Origin: a virus
DNA: 41,798 bases
Strand: one strand, 5' to 3'
Virus record (IMG/VR): IMGVR_UViG_3300005323_000021
The translations under genes were made by a program, and so were the position numbers. Positions 23,831 to 33,355 of this stretch are shown piece after piece (position 1 is the first letter of the stretch; every line of letters starts with the position of its first letter). A model generated the notes under the pieces. That model was not told the DNA's origin, did not search any database, and saw nothing but the letters and a program-made list of their open reading frames with translations.

Positions 23831-24087
23831 TACAACCCTCCGAAGATTGCCGCGATCTTATTCCAGACCAGCGGCACAACCAGCGCGATCACAGCAGCCG
23901 CACCGAGAATATAGTTCTGGAAGTTTTCAAGCCTTGATACCCTGGCACAGAGGCCGCCCTGACCGTCATCACCTGAGATGGTAGTGGTCATCTTTGCTTG
24001 GGCTCCGATCACCCCGTCAAGTTTCTCATCGATCCTCATGAGCCATTCACGATCGGTTTGTGGATCATCTGCGCTCAGTTCATACAC
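23830..24087 (-). CDS. Small protein with a C-terminal transmembrane helix
   Basis: ...MRIDEKLDGVIGAQAKM...YILGAAAVIALVVPLVWNKIAAIFGGL. The start is GTG 24087 (8-nt overlap) or ATG 24039. Confidence 0.45.
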   Translation of the reverse strand: MYELSADDPQTDREWLMRIDEKLDGVIGAQAKMTTTISGDDGQGGLCARVSRLENFQNYILGAAAVIALVVPLVWNKIAAIFGGL

Positions 24088-24637
24088 CTGCCTTTGCGAT
24101 ATCGCATGTCCAATGATGCGGGCTCCCGGCCATGCTTGGAGCCGGTTCAACGTTGCCGAGCATGTACGTTCCCGCGTATCCCGATGCCGTGGTGATGATC
24201 TGATCACCATTCGCAGGAGTGGATGTTGCTGGGATCATTACCCGCTGAGCAGTGACAATGTAGAGCGTTTGCCCCGATTGCTGCACGGCATCTTTCTGGC
24301 TGTAGAACCGGCACGCGATCGTAGAATCGATATCGGTGTAAACCAACTGCTCATTGGCATCGAACGCCTCCGCGATAACACCGTTAACAACCGCCGCTCC
24401 GGGCACCGTGCCGTTGTCTGTGATTGGCTCATCGTTCAGGAACGTACCGGTGATAGAGTGGATCTGTAAACTGCCAGATGCTATACTACCAGTGCTCACG
24501 ATCACAGCGGTTGCGTGTGAAGTAGTGCCGGTCAGAGTTGCACCCGCATGAAACACGGCAGTACCGGCATCATAAGCGAGCGTGAAGTTCTGCCGTTTCC
24601 CTCGCAGGGTTGCGGTATGCGGGGCACTGAATACCAT
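24080..24637 (-). CDS. Head closure / head-tail adaptor protein
   Basis: Assigned by position between the gp6-like connector and the gp10-like protein. The C-terminal part (CRFYSQKD...AQRVMIPA...GDQIITT) is adaptor-like. Confidence 0.5.
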   Translation of the reverse strand: MVFSAPHTATLRGKRQNFTLAYDAGTAVFHAGATLTGTTSHATAVIVSTGSIASGSLQIHSITGTFLNDEPITDNGTVPGAAVVNGVIAEAFDANEQLVYTDIDSTIACRFYSQKDAVQQSGQTLYIVTAQRVMIPATSTPANGDQIITTASGYAGTYMLGNVEPAPSMAGSPHHWTCDIAKAGV

Positions 24638-24639
24638 TG

Positions 24640-25023
24640 TCAGTACCCCCGGAACATCCGATGATTTCTGACGATTGCAACCCCTGTTGGCGCATCAGTG
24701 GAGGCTGCCACATACTGATCGAGGATCGCGTATGCTTCCTGTCGGAGTGCTTTTACCGCTTCGGTGACGTTCAGCGATGAGGAGAAATCTCCGTTCGATG
24801 CTTGGAAATCCCCGACTTGCAACCCGAATTCAAGCAGGCCGGCTTTCGCCATAGTGAGTGATGCGGATTTCAGATCGTCACTTGCAACACCGGTGATCGT
24901 CTTCGATTTCAGGTATGTATTGATCTTTCGATCACCTTCATCAATGATCGCTTGGAGTTGCGTGTCCGTGCGGGTACTGCCAGTGAGGTTGATAAGATCC
25001 GTGGTTGTGCAGTACGATGTCAT
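24640..25023 (-). CDS. gp6-like head-tail connector protein
   Basis: MTSYCTTTDLINLTG...TQLQAIIDEGDRKINTYL is a typical N-terminus for this family. The gene is downstream of the MCP gene (one 42-aa ORF between). Confidence 0.6.
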   Translation of the reverse strand: MTSYCTTTDLINLTGSTRTDTQLQAIIDEGDRKINTYLKSKTITGVASDDLKSASLTMAKAGLLEFGLQVGDFQASNGDFSSSLNVTEAVKALRQEAYAILDQYVAASTDAPTGVAIVRNHRMFRGY

Positions 25024-25031
25024 GGGATCCT

Positions 25032-25160
25032 CTACTCCACCACTACCCAGCCCTTCTCTTTGCTGTAGATCACCTGAATAGTGACCGTGTTGGCGATTGC
25101 ATCAACGTACGCCTTGAACTCGGTAAAGTCCGTGAATGCCGTTACCTTGTGATTGGTCAT
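25032..25160 (-). CDS. Possible miniprotein (42 aa)
   Basis: Manual translation gives MTNHKVTAFTDFTEFKAYVDAIANTVTIQVIYSKEKGWVVVE. It fills the MCP-connector gap. Confidence 0.35.
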   Translation of the reverse strand: MTNHKVTAFTDFTEFKAYVDAIANTVTIQVIYSKEKGWVVVE

Positions 25161-25185
25161 TTTCTAAACCCTCCCGAAAAAGGGT

Positions 25186-26307
25186 TTAGGATGTTGGCTT
25201 GCTCGCGCCGATATAGCGGTAGTCAAGCCGGGCCGCTGCAATGTCCCATTCACAGCCGTACTCAATGGTCCGGTTGCCGAACGAGAACTGATCCATGCCT
25301 CCGCCGATGATCTCGGTGTCCGGGGTCTTCTTGAGCAGGCGCGGGGTCTGTGCACCAGTGTAGACGCCGAAGGCGACAGCGGGCCGTCCCATGTTCGGAT
25401 CAGCGCACAGATACCACTGCTTGTTGGCGTACGTGTTGCTGGTTGAGATCTGGGTGATCATCTGGTCAACCGCAACCTGGAGACCGGCAAACTGGTTCTT
25501 GCCAGTGATCTTGTACCCAACTTCGCTTGCAAGCTCGTAATATTCCACGGAGATTGCATTTGCGATCTCGTATGCCGTGGGGGCGAGTTCCGGAGGAACA
25601 ATGAGCGTCTTCGGGAGAATCATAACCGAGAGACCGGCTGCATCCTTCTGCGCTGCCATCTTCTTCCAGAGGCTTTTCACTGCATCGTACGAGAGTTCCG
25701 ATGTGATCAGGTTCTTGTACGTGGTGTTCGCGTCGAACATTGATGCGTGCGGGCCACTGGCATCAGCGATAATGCTGGTTGCGAGATACTCGGCACGCAT
25801 TGCGGCCCCCTGAGAGAATCCTTCGGGGATCGAGTTGAAAGCCCCGAGAGCGTCGTTGATGATTGCTTTCCGGGTGAGTTCGATGGTGTCGGAGTAGCTG
25901 TCGATCTGGATTGTATACTGCCCCTCACCAACAGAGGTCTTCGGGCGCCCTTCGTACTCGGAGGTCTTCTGGAGCATCCTGATGGGCCGCTCGAATGCGA
26001 TCAGGGGAACTTCCTTGAAATCATTGCATGTGACGCGCTTGGTCCACATCGGGTATGATACCGGGTACCGTGCATGTGCGTCCAGAAGCTGGGCGTTCAT
26101 ATCCGCGGTGAGCAGATAGGAGAAGTCGGACGTGCCGATCGCTTCTGCCATGCGGTCAAGTGACCGCGGGCCCTCCACGGACCGGATGAGTTCCCAGACT
26201 TTTGCCCGGCGCTGCATACCGGCAGGGGAGTTCAGATACTCTTTGGTCATTGCCTGACCCTTGCCGAAAACTTCGTTAAATTTTGTTTCAGAAATCATGA
26301 TAATCAC
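25186..26307 (-). CDS. Major capsid protein (HK97 fold, Mu gpT-like)
   Basis: 373 aa, immediately after the protease/scaffold and decoration genes. A GGTG Shine-Dalgarno-like sequence lies upstream. Confidence 0.75.
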   Translation of the reverse strand: MIIMISETKFNEVFGKGQAMTKEYLNSPAGMQRRAKVWELIRSVEGPRSLDRMAEAIGTSDFSYLLTADMNAQLLDAHARYPVSYPMWTKRVTCNDFKEVPLIAFERPIRMLQKTSEYEGRPKTSVGEGQYTIQIDSYSDTIELTRKAIINDALGAFNSIPEGFSQGAAMRAEYLATSIIADASGPHASMFDANTTYKNLITSELSYDAVKSLWKKMAAQKDAAGLSVMILPKTLIVPPELAPTAYEIANAISVEYYELASEVGYKITGKNQFAGLQVAVDQMITQISTSNTYANKQWYLCADPNMGRPAVAFGVYTGAQTPRLLKKTPDTEIIGGGMDQFSFGNRTIEYGCEWDIAAARLDYRYIGASKPTS

Positions 26308-27125
26308 GCCACCCTGAACCCGAGCACATACACAACGGCGTCCGGCTGGGTTGCACCGGTGGCACTGGTGACACGCAGGGTACCCCCGGCGGCGATCTCA
26401 TTGTATGCGTCATCGATGGATGCGGCCCGGACAACTGCCTGATCGGATCCGCTGGCTGCCATTGCATCGGTGATCGCGTTGGTACCATTCTTTACTTGGA
26501 GCGTGGTAGTCGAGACGCCGGCACCCTTCAGGACAAGCCATGCATCCATTACGTGCGTCTTGTGCGTCAGGGTTACATCGGTGTTCCCGGTTGCCCCGGC
26601 TGCGATGTTGATCCGATGAATGACGGGGATCCCGCCGATCACGTTCTTGTCGGCAACAAATTTAGTAATCAGCCCGGAAAGACCGGCTGATGCTGCTCCG
26701 ACCTGTACCTTTGCCTCGGTGACTGCCTGCGCTGCGAGCTGGGTTGCGCCTATTGATCCGGCTCCGACAACACCTCCTGCATACGCATCCTTGATCACTT
26801 CAATGGTTGCGGTTGCTCCGGTCGTTACGACCTCATTTGCCCAGCCGAAGAAGACCCCGGTTGAGTCGTTCGACAGGACAACGGGTGTTGCCTTGGATGC
26901 GAACAGCGGGGCGCCTTTGGCAATGCCGCCGGTGTTGATATCCGTAACGCTCTGAGTGCCGATCCAGGGCCCGAGCTTTACAACGGTCTCTCCGGTTGTG
27001 GCGTCCTCATCACCCTCTGCAATACCGCAAAGGTCATTGTAGATCACGACGCCGCCTGCAACAGGTGAGGCGGGGTACGTGCATACCAGCCGGAGGTTGT
27101 CCGGATCGTGTGTTTCGTTCAGCAT
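26304..27125 (-). CDS. Head decoration-like protein (DUF2190-like N-terminus plus a C-terminal beta-rich extension)
   Basis: The N-terminal ~110 aa (G/V/A-rich, ...GDEDATTGETVVKLGPWI...GAPLFAS...) resemble DUF2190 proteins, which are commonly found between scaffold and MCP genes. Confidence 0.5.
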   Translation of the reverse strand: MLNETHDPDNLRLVCTYPASPVAGGVVIYNDLCGIAEGDEDATTGETVVKLGPWIGTQSVTDINTGGIAKGAPLFASKATPVVLSNDSTGVFFGWANEVVTTGATATIEVIKDAYAGGVVGAGSIGATQLAAQAVTEAKVQVGAASAGLSGLITKFVADKNVIGGIPVIHRINIAAGATGNTDVTLTHKTHVMDAWLVLKGAGVSTTTLQVKNGTNAITDAMAASGSDQAVVRAASIDDAYNEIAAGGTLRVTSATGATQPDAVVYVLGFRVA

Positions 27126-27129
27126 GATT

Positions 27130-28275
27130 TTATGCCTCCTTTATACCGGCAAGCCGGTTGGCCTCTTCGCGGGTCTTTCCGTTGGCCTCGTATGAGTCAC
27201 GGAGGTCCTCGCGGGCCTTCTTGACTTCCGCTTCAGTGCCTGCCGCAAACGATCCGCCATTGTCGTGGATACCGGACCGTCCTGACTCTTTCAGGATCGC
27301 GTCGATCTCGGCTTTCTTGTCCTTGATCGCTTCAGTGACGGTGACGCCGAACTTCACGGTATCAATGCTGCCGTCCTCTGCAAGCGGAACCGCCTTTACC
27401 AGCGATTCGGTCAGGGTCTTCGATGCGGTCTCGGTGAGCTTCGCCTTTGCGACTTCGGCCGCTACGAATGTGCGGGCCGCGCCTTCAGCGATCTTGGCCC
27501 GGGCTTCCTTGAGCTGGGTTTCCAGGGTCGTGATGCGGGTAGCTGATTCTTTCATCTTGTTCTTCTGATCTTCGTTCAGTGCGTCGATCTTCAGGGCTTC
27601 GCGCTCCTGTTTTCTGATCTCCGCTACGACTTCGGGATCGCTTGCAAGGATCTCCGTAAGCCTGATTGAGAGCTGTTTGGATTCTGTCATTTTCTTCCTC
27701 TGGTTGTTCGACTGCGATTCCTTGAGCACTTCCGCGATACTGCGAGAATGCCCCCCGGCACCCGGGATAGTGACGAAATCCACGGAATTGAACGGGCTGG
27801 CCCGGAGTTCCGTGATAATCCGCCCCTTCTTGCCGTCCGGGGCAACGCCATCCTCCGCGATGCCGTCAACGTAGTGAGATACGCCGATCTTGCCGGAGAG
27901 CCATTTGAGATCTTCGCGGCGATGCGGGCGGATGTCGGCGGTAGAATAGATCCCCGGGCCGTCCCATCCATCCGTCTCATAGTGGCCGGCTTCTGCAAGC
28001 ACGGCGGCAAGGGTTTCAGTGGACCTGGCCGGGTTATCGGCTTCCTGCTTACGGGTCGGGTGGTCCATGTGCATGAGCATACCTTTTGGGTATACCCCGG
28101 CTTCACAGGCTTTCCGGAGTTTTGCCTCACCGTAATAGCCGCTCGACCCCCAACCGGGCTGAATGATGTGGAGCTCGATCGTTCCGGGTTTCGCTGCGGC
28201 GCCCTCTGATTCGCGGAACCGCATAACGTCGCCGGAGATGAGCGTCGGTTGATCAGGGATGGTTTGCACCCCCAA
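27130..28275 (-). CDS. Prohead protease / scaffold fusion (Mu gpI-like)
   Basis: An N-terminal globular domain (HIIQPGWGSSGYYG...MHMDHP) is followed by a ~180-aa K/E/A-rich coiled coil. The start is uncertain (TTG/GTG at 28275-28267, or ATG at MRFRESEG). Confidence 0.6.
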   Translation of the reverse strand: MGVQTIPDQPTLISGDVMRFRESEGAAAKPGTIELHIIQPGWGSSGYYGEAKLRKACEAGVYPKGMLMHMDHPTRKQEADNPARSTETLAAVLAEAGHYETDGWDGPGIYSTADIRPHRREDLKWLSGKIGVSHYVDGIAEDGVAPDGKKGRIITELRASPFNSVDFVTIPGAGGHSRSIAEVLKESQSNNQRKKMTESKQLSIRLTEILASDPEVVAEIRKQEREALKIDALNEDQKNKMKESATRITTLETQLKEARAKIAEGAARTFVAAEVAKAKLTETASKTLTESLVKAVPLAEDGSIDTVKFGVTVTEAIKDKKAEIDAILKESGRSGIHDNGGSFAAGTEAEVKKAREDLRDSYEANGKTREEANRLAGIKEA

Positions 28276-28330
28276 AAACAGTACAATATGGCTTTGTGGT
28301 TGCCATTATCGTAGGTTAAGGAGTGAAAAG

Positions 28331-28338
28331 TATATAAG
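28331..28338 (-). promoter_or_regulatory. A/T box (CTTATATA on the minus strand), candidate internal promoter for the scaffold-MCP genes
   Basis: Sits in the 101-bp gap between the MuF-like and scaffold genes, one of the few gaps in the structural module. Confidence 0.3.
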
Positions 28339-28376
28339 CGCCGTCTGAAGTATACCTTCGACGTGAAAAAGAGGAT

Positions 28377-29225
28377 TTACTGACGTTCTGATGCAGCTTG
28401 GTACACCATATAGCATCGGCATCCCGGATCAGTGGGCGGTTCGGTATCCCCGGATGAAAAGGTATGCCCCATCTCAACCCACCCCTCGGCCTCATTCGCG
28501 GCATGTTCCGGCCTGACCTTGTCATCATGTGAGGTCATCCAGTGCTCTTCCATCGTTACGCCGTCATCTTCTAGCGACTTGGCAAACGCATTGTTCCCCG
28601 CTTCATACGCCTGCCCGCTTTCAAACACCGCGATCCTTTGCGCCCGGTCCCGACTGATCGGACCGTCGAATAGTTTTTTGATCTCCTTCGCTGATTGACC
28701 GTACGACCATCCTTCATCAATCGCCGTGGTCATCAGGCGCTTGATACTTTCTCCGGTCGTTGCCTGGATCCCGCTGATGTACTGGGTGCTGCCCCCGGTC
28801 TTCTGAAACCATGCGACGGCTCGGGGATTGGCAAGATTCCACATATCGCTCGTGGGGGAAACACCGCCCGGCTGGAGTTGCTTTGCCAGCTGTTGCCCGC
28901 CTTTTAGCACGCCCTCCGATTCCACGTTAGTAATGACCTTCTGGAGATCATCGTACGTGAGTTGATCGATATCGTTCCACATCCGGGTGATGTCATGCGT
29001 GGTCAGAAACTCGTTGGGGGTGAGTGCTTCGCAGAGGGTCCGGTACTCCTCGGTAAAAAGGAAATCGTAGCCTTTGAATTTCTCCAGTGTGATATCCCGT
29101 TGCTTCCGGAAAAAGGCGGCGATTTTGGGCCGGTGCTTCGCGGCGATGCGGTCAATTTCCCGGCGCTTAAGCAGGCCGATGGCCGCCCGGTTCATCTTAT
29201 CGGCGGCTTCTTGTAATGGAGTCAT
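28377..29225 (-). CDS. Head morphogenesis protein (Mu F / SPP1 gp7 family)
   Basis: HDDKVRPEHAANEAEGWV...DPGCRCY is the characteristic C-terminal motif. The gene directly follows the portal gene. Confidence 0.75.
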   Translation of the reverse strand: MTPLQEAADKMNRAAIGLLKRREIDRIAAKHRPKIAAFFRKQRDITLEKFKGYDFLFTEEYRTLCEALTPNEFLTTHDITRMWNDIDQLTYDDLQKVITNVESEGVLKGGQQLAKQLQPGGVSPTSDMWNLANPRAVAWFQKTGGSTQYISGIQATTGESIKRLMTTAIDEGWSYGQSAKEIKKLFDGPISRDRAQRIAVFESGQAYEAGNNAFAKSLEDDGVTMEEHWMTSHDDKVRPEHAANEAEGWVEMGHTFSSGDTEPPTDPGCRCYMVYQAASERQ

Positions 29226-30793
29226 ATCGGCGCGGCTTTCTTTTCCTTCATCATCTCGGCAATGGTGGCGTTCATGTCGTTGGTTGCCTGCGTGAGGTTG
29301 TCCAGCGCTGAGGTATCCGCCGGGTTTGTGGCGATTGCATCCATGATCGCCTGCACCATCTCATCAACTGTCTTATCGTCCGGGACCTCAATGTCCATCG
29401 CTTCATATGCCGCCCTGATGAAGTCCTCTGGCCTGATAGTGCCTGCGAACTTACCGGCCTGCCCGAGCGTTGCGGCCTGCGTAAGGGTCTGCAAGTACGT
29501 AAGAGCGTCCTGCGCACGGATCGGAGGGAACGACACGGTGAAATCGCGGTTATTGAGGATGAACGTGAATACTTCCTCGAAGGTCTCGGTCCACATCGTT
29601 TGGCGCTCTTCGATGATCGGTAGGAAGTTGGATGTCATTTCCTGCGCGGATGCCCGGTTGCCCGTCTGGAGGTTACCGGTTATCATGTTTTCCGGTACAC
29701 CCGTGGAGGCGCAGACCTGGAGCAGGAAGTAACGGGAATCCCCGGGACCAACGATCTTGCCGCTGCCGGCATCGATCACCTTGAAATCGTTGCCTTCCGT
29801 CGCAATGATGCCGTCCCCTACCTGTTGCTGGTGATGCCCGTGCTGCTCGTGGTTGAACTGAGTGGATAGTGCCGATACTTGCGCCTCCCCGCCCTTTGTC
29901 GTGAACATCGTAGAGTACTTGCGGATGATCTGCACGATGGCGGCGAAATCCAAAAGGAACTGCTCATAGGCCCGGTTCCACGGCAGCGCCGATGTATAAG
30001 GGGAAAGCGCCCATTTCTGCTTTGCTGCCCTGCCTTCGCTCATCTGGTATACCACGATGGATGGATCGACGAGATACCCGGAGAATTCGCGGGGGAGGTT
30101 GATTTCTGGGGAGGGGTTGAAAATCGACGGGTACGCTACGGTTTTCTTCCCCCCGCCCGGAGGGGCCCACGACCTGACATAATACAGCGGTGTATCACCA
30201 TCATTGGGATCGAGGATCACATCAGTGATATCGTACGCGGTCCACACCCTGACCTGTACCGGGCTTTCATCTATCCACATCGCCATATAAATACTCCCGG
30301 CCTTCTGGATCTCCCGGTCGGACATGGCGAGTGCCTGCGCACCGAATAGGGCATTGCGGTTCCGAACATCGCCCATGATCTCATCAATCGCGGTTTTGTT
30401 GGCGTCGATCTCTGATTCGATGGAGAACGATAACCCGAACGTGTACCGGGTCTTGATGTCAACCGCCGCTTTAATCAGCGGGCAGTACTGGTATGCATAC
30501 GACATCAGATCGTAGTACAGGACCACATCAGAGTATTGGATGATCCGGTGCTGTGCCTGTCCGCTCATCAACTGCCAGCGGTGATCCAGTGCCAACCGAT
30601 CATTCCATGAGTGATCCGCGTAGCCTTCCGCCAGCGTGCCGCCTTCTTTCAGGGTTTCGACCTGCCGGGACAGTTTGCGGGTCTCGGAATAGAGTTCGGT
30701 ATACTTTTCCCCGAGGGTACGCATTTGCGTGCGGGCTTCCGTCAGGCTGCCGTTGGTGATACGGTCCGCGATCTGTTCATTCAGTGGGGGCAT
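29222..30793 (-). CDS. Portal protein
   Basis: 523 aa between TerL and the MuF-like protein; the size and context are typical. Confidence 0.8.
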   Translation of the reverse strand: MPPLNEQIADRITNGSLTEARTQMRTLGEKYTELYSETRKLSRQVETLKEGGTLAEGYADHSWNDRLALDHRWQLMSGQAQHRIIQYSDVVLYYDLMSYAYQYCPLIKAAVDIKTRYTFGLSFSIESEIDANKTAIDEIMGDVRNRNALFGAQALAMSDREIQKAGSIYMAMWIDESPVQVRVWTAYDITDVILDPNDGDTPLYYVRSWAPPGGGKKTVAYPSIFNPSPEINLPREFSGYLVDPSIVVYQMSEGRAAKQKWALSPYTSALPWNRAYEQFLLDFAAIVQIIRKYSTMFTTKGGEAQVSALSTQFNHEQHGHHQQQVGDGIIATEGNDFKVIDAGSGKIVGPGDSRYFLLQVCASTGVPENMITGNLQTGNRASAQEMTSNFLPIIEERQTMWTETFEEVFTFILNNRDFTVSFPPIRAQDALTYLQTLTQAATLGQAGKFAGTIRPEDFIRAAYEAMDIEVPDDKTVDEMVQAIMDAIATNPADTSALDNLTQATNDMNATIAEMMKEKKAAPI

Positions 30794-31074
30794 TATTTAA
30801 TCCCCTTCCGGATCACTTCTTTCATATTGTCCGGTAACATCATCATCAGCAACCGGTATGCCTTATCCGGGATTGCAATATGCTTGGTGTCCTGCGTGGA
30901 CTCCATCGGGGTTTTGCCTTCGACAAGCCTCCGGATCACGCCTTTCAGCGGTTCGTCTGGATCGGTCTTCATGCTTTCAAGCACGCCTTTAAGATCCTGG
31001 TCAATCTTCAGCGTGGTATCCTTGGTGTCCTGCTGCGGTTCGGTCTTTTCCATTTTTGCGGTTGGTTTTGCCAT
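30793..31074 (-). CDS. Hypothetical protein (93 aa) between TerL and portal
   Basis: Co-directional ORF with an AAAGGAG Shine-Dalgarno sequence upstream. Confidence 0.55.
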   Translation of the reverse strand: MAKPTAKMEKTEPQQDTKDTTLKIDQDLKGVLESMKTDPDEPLKGVIRRLVEGKTPMESTQDTKHIAIPDKAYRLLMMMLPDNMKEVIRKGIK

Positions 31075-31139
31075 TTCAAATCTCCTTTGTTTGGGCTTGA
31101 ATTTGTAACTTCCCGGGACTTTTCTTCCCGGATTGCCAT

Positions 31140-32588
31140 TTATACGGCGTAATCATCGGCGATGTGATACACCGTTTTGCGTTCCCCTACCCTACCTACT
31201 GACAGATACCATAAGGCCATGCTGGTGCAATCCACATCATCGTCGTGTACCGAATCATCGGGGAATGCAACCATGGTCTCAATGTAATCATTCATCCAGT
31301 GCGCCCCGGCGGGGAACTGGCATAAATGTGCCTGGAATATCGGGGTGATGGATTCCGCCCGGGCTCGTTTATCTGCAAGAGGGAGCGGGTTTATTGGCAA
31401 CACGGGGATCCGGTGCGGTGATTGCCGTAACGACTGGATCAGGCTTTGCCCGCTGGCTTTGTCCTCTACCAGCACGACGTTGGGCCTGTGCTGCAAGTAT
31501 TGCCCTTCAGCAGCTTGCACCAATGCGGGGTACTCGACGCGGCCTTTCCACCGGTCCATCTTGAAGTACCCTTGATTATTCATCCCCCACGTCTGGCATA
31601 CTGAGAAGTCCGGGTCTGTAGTGCCCCCGGTCTTTTTCTTGACTGGGACTTTGAAAGCAGTATCCCATACCTGGATTTTCAGGGGCCATAGGTATTCTGC
31701 GAACAGCGAGGGATCGTATAACCGGGTGAACCATTCGCGCCTAAATACGTCGCCTGCTGTTGGCCGGACTTTCCAGTTTCCATGCAGGAGCCGCATCATT
31801 TCGACGTATGGTAACGCCATGAGGTTTGCCCGGTACTGCGGATCTTTCGATGTGAGCGCCGGGTTATCGGTCAGTTTCGCGGGGATAAACGTAAGGGACC
31901 GTGGCGGGATATCGGGATATTCCTCTGCGAGTTCTTCCGGGCTATCAGCCCACCGTAAGACGTTGTTCACCCGGACGAACCACCGGACCAGCCCGGCCCG
32001 TTCTTGGATTGGGAACCCGGTCGCCTGATCGATCCACCACGCGATGAGTTTAGTTACCCATCCCCCCACCGGATCGTCATCAGGGACCGGGTTACACGTT
32101 GCCCTGACGTATGGCCTTACCCCGCACACGGACCGGTTACGGGATAAAAGATACCAGAACTGGAACTCAGTAAAATGAGTGAGTTCGTCGAACTCTATGA
32201 GCGGGATTTGAGCCCCCTGATAATCATAGACATGCCGCTCATATTCAAGGTGTGCCATTTTCACGCTGTTGCCGTACGGAGGGAACACCCATTTGAGATC
32301 GGACCGGTTCGACGATGCCCCAATCAGCGGGTATATCTTCGCGGCCTCTTCCCATAATCCCCCCTGGCTGGTGATCTGCGGAGTTGTGCGGCGGAAAATA
32401 GTAGCACCGAAGCCCGGGACTGTCGGGATATAATGCAGCGGCTCAAGCAGTTCCCCGTACGTCTTCCCGGACCCGGCAGCGCCCCCATAAATAGCGATAT
32501 CGGCGGGTGTGGATAGAAACGCTTCCTGAGGCCCTGCCTGCGGGCGAATGTCGATTTGTTGTGGTTGCGGTGCGGTTGCCGCCATCAT
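31140..32588 (-). CDS. terL: Terminase large subunit
   Basis: Walker A IYGGAAGSGKTYG near the N-terminus. 482 aa. Overlaps the TerS stop. Confidence 0.85.
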   Translation of the reverse strand: MMAATAPQPQQIDIRPQAGPQEAFLSTPADIAIYGGAAGSGKTYGELLEPLHYIPTVPGFGATIFRRTTPQITSQGGLWEEAAKIYPLIGASSNRSDLKWVFPPYGNSVKMAHLEYERHVYDYQGAQIPLIEFDELTHFTEFQFWYLLSRNRSVCGVRPYVRATCNPVPDDDPVGGWVTKLIAWWIDQATGFPIQERAGLVRWFVRVNNVLRWADSPEELAEEYPDIPPRSLTFIPAKLTDNPALTSKDPQYRANLMALPYVEMMRLLHGNWKVRPTAGDVFRREWFTRLYDPSLFAEYLWPLKIQVWDTAFKVPVKKKTGGTTDPDFSVCQTWGMNNQGYFKMDRWKGRVEYPALVQAAEGQYLQHRPNVVLVEDKASGQSLIQSLRQSPHRIPVLPINPLPLADKRARAESITPIFQAHLCQFPAGAHWMNDYIETMVAFPDDSVHDDDVDCTSMALWYLSVGRVGERKTVYHIADDYAV

Positions 32589-33067
32589 TTCCCGGCCTTC
32601 CTGCCATTATCGGGCACGTATACCACGACCGTGGACCCGGCACCGGGTGCATTCCCACCTTTCTGTGGATCCTTGAATGACCCCAGGACCCGGCCTTTCA
32701 GTTCGATCTGCTTTTCCCTCCGGGCCAGACCGAGCAGCGCGATCTTCGGGTCATAATCAGGATTCGGGATCTCAATTCCGTTCGCGTCCCGGATCGTCTT
32801 CTTGATAGCGTTGCTGATGATGTACCGGGCGATCTTCTCGGATTCGTGGACTTCACCAAGCAGATCATCAGCATCGGCAATTTCCTGTGCTTTGGCAGCC
32901 TGCTTGATTTTAGCGATCACATGACCGTTTTTGACATGCCGCGATAGGGCATCATCTGATACGCGGAACTGCCGCGCGATTCCGCGAATGCTGGCACCAT
33001 CAGCGACGAGCGCTTTGTCTATCTCGTGCCGCGCTTTGTGCTGGCAAATGGTGCACTTTGGGGCCAT
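32585..33067 (-). CDS. terS: Terminase small subunit (zinc-ribbon plus HTH N-terminus)
   Basis: CTICQHKARHEIDKALVADGASIRGIARQFRVSDDALSRH. Immediately upstream of and overlapping TerL. Confidence 0.65.
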   Translation of the reverse strand: MAPKCTICQHKARHEIDKALVADGASIRGIARQFRVSDDALSRHVKNGHVIAKIKQAAKAQEIADADDLLGEVHESEKIARYIISNAIKKTIRDANGIEIPNPDYDPKIALLGLARREKQIELKGRVLGSFKDPQKGGNAPGAGSTVVVYVPDNGRKAGK

Positions 33068-33136
33068 TCAAGAGCCCCCGCTGGAAAACAGAATAGCGGA
33101 AAATCGGGTCACTTATTGCATTATTGGAGATTGGGG

Positions 33137-33144
33137 TATAAAAA
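33137..33144 (-). promoter_or_regulatory. A/T box (TTTTTATA on the minus strand) upstream of the packaging/structural operon
   Basis: Sits in the 114-bp gap upstream of TerS, about 70 nt from the ATG. Confidence 0.35.
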
Positions 33145-33181
33145 GGATATGGTTGCCTAGATGGATCGTGCAATGGTGAGG

Positions 33182-33355
33182 TTATGCTTGTTTCATAGCC
33201 TCAATGGCGCTTGCAGAGATCCGGTAGTGCCTGCCGAATAGGACCGCCTTGATCTTCCCGTTGCCGATCCATTCCCGGATAGTACGGTCTTTGACCTTCA
33301 GCGCAGCGGCTACTTCTGCCACGGTGTAATACTGTTCCAGCGCCGGGGTGGTCAT
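33182..33355 (-). CDS. MerR/excisionase-family helix-turn-helix protein (57 aa)
   Basis: MTTPALEQYYTVAEVAAALKVKDRTIREWIGNGKIKAVLFGRHYRISASAIEAMKQA is a canonical excisionase-type HTH. ATGA-coupled. Not in the ORF track. Confidence 0.65.
   Translation of the reverse strand: MTTPALEQYYTVAEVAAALKVKDRTIREWIGNGKIKAVLFGRHYRISASAIEAMKQA

Noticed and set aside
27687-28286. 199-aa alternative-frame minus-strand ORF overlapping the protease/scaffold gene. Also 20147..20641 inside the tape measure gene.
   Set aside because: Both have Arg/Pro/Ser-rich composition and are same-strand frame shadows of GC-rich or repetitive coding sequence. The primary frames have clear homology-type motifs.
33182-33355. 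The excisionase-family HTH, considered as evidence for an integration module or attP.
   Set aside because: No tyrosine or serine recombinase is recognisable anywhere in the genome. No att-like repeat flanks the gene. This HTH type is also common as a stand-alone regulator or a TerS-associated DNA-binding protein.
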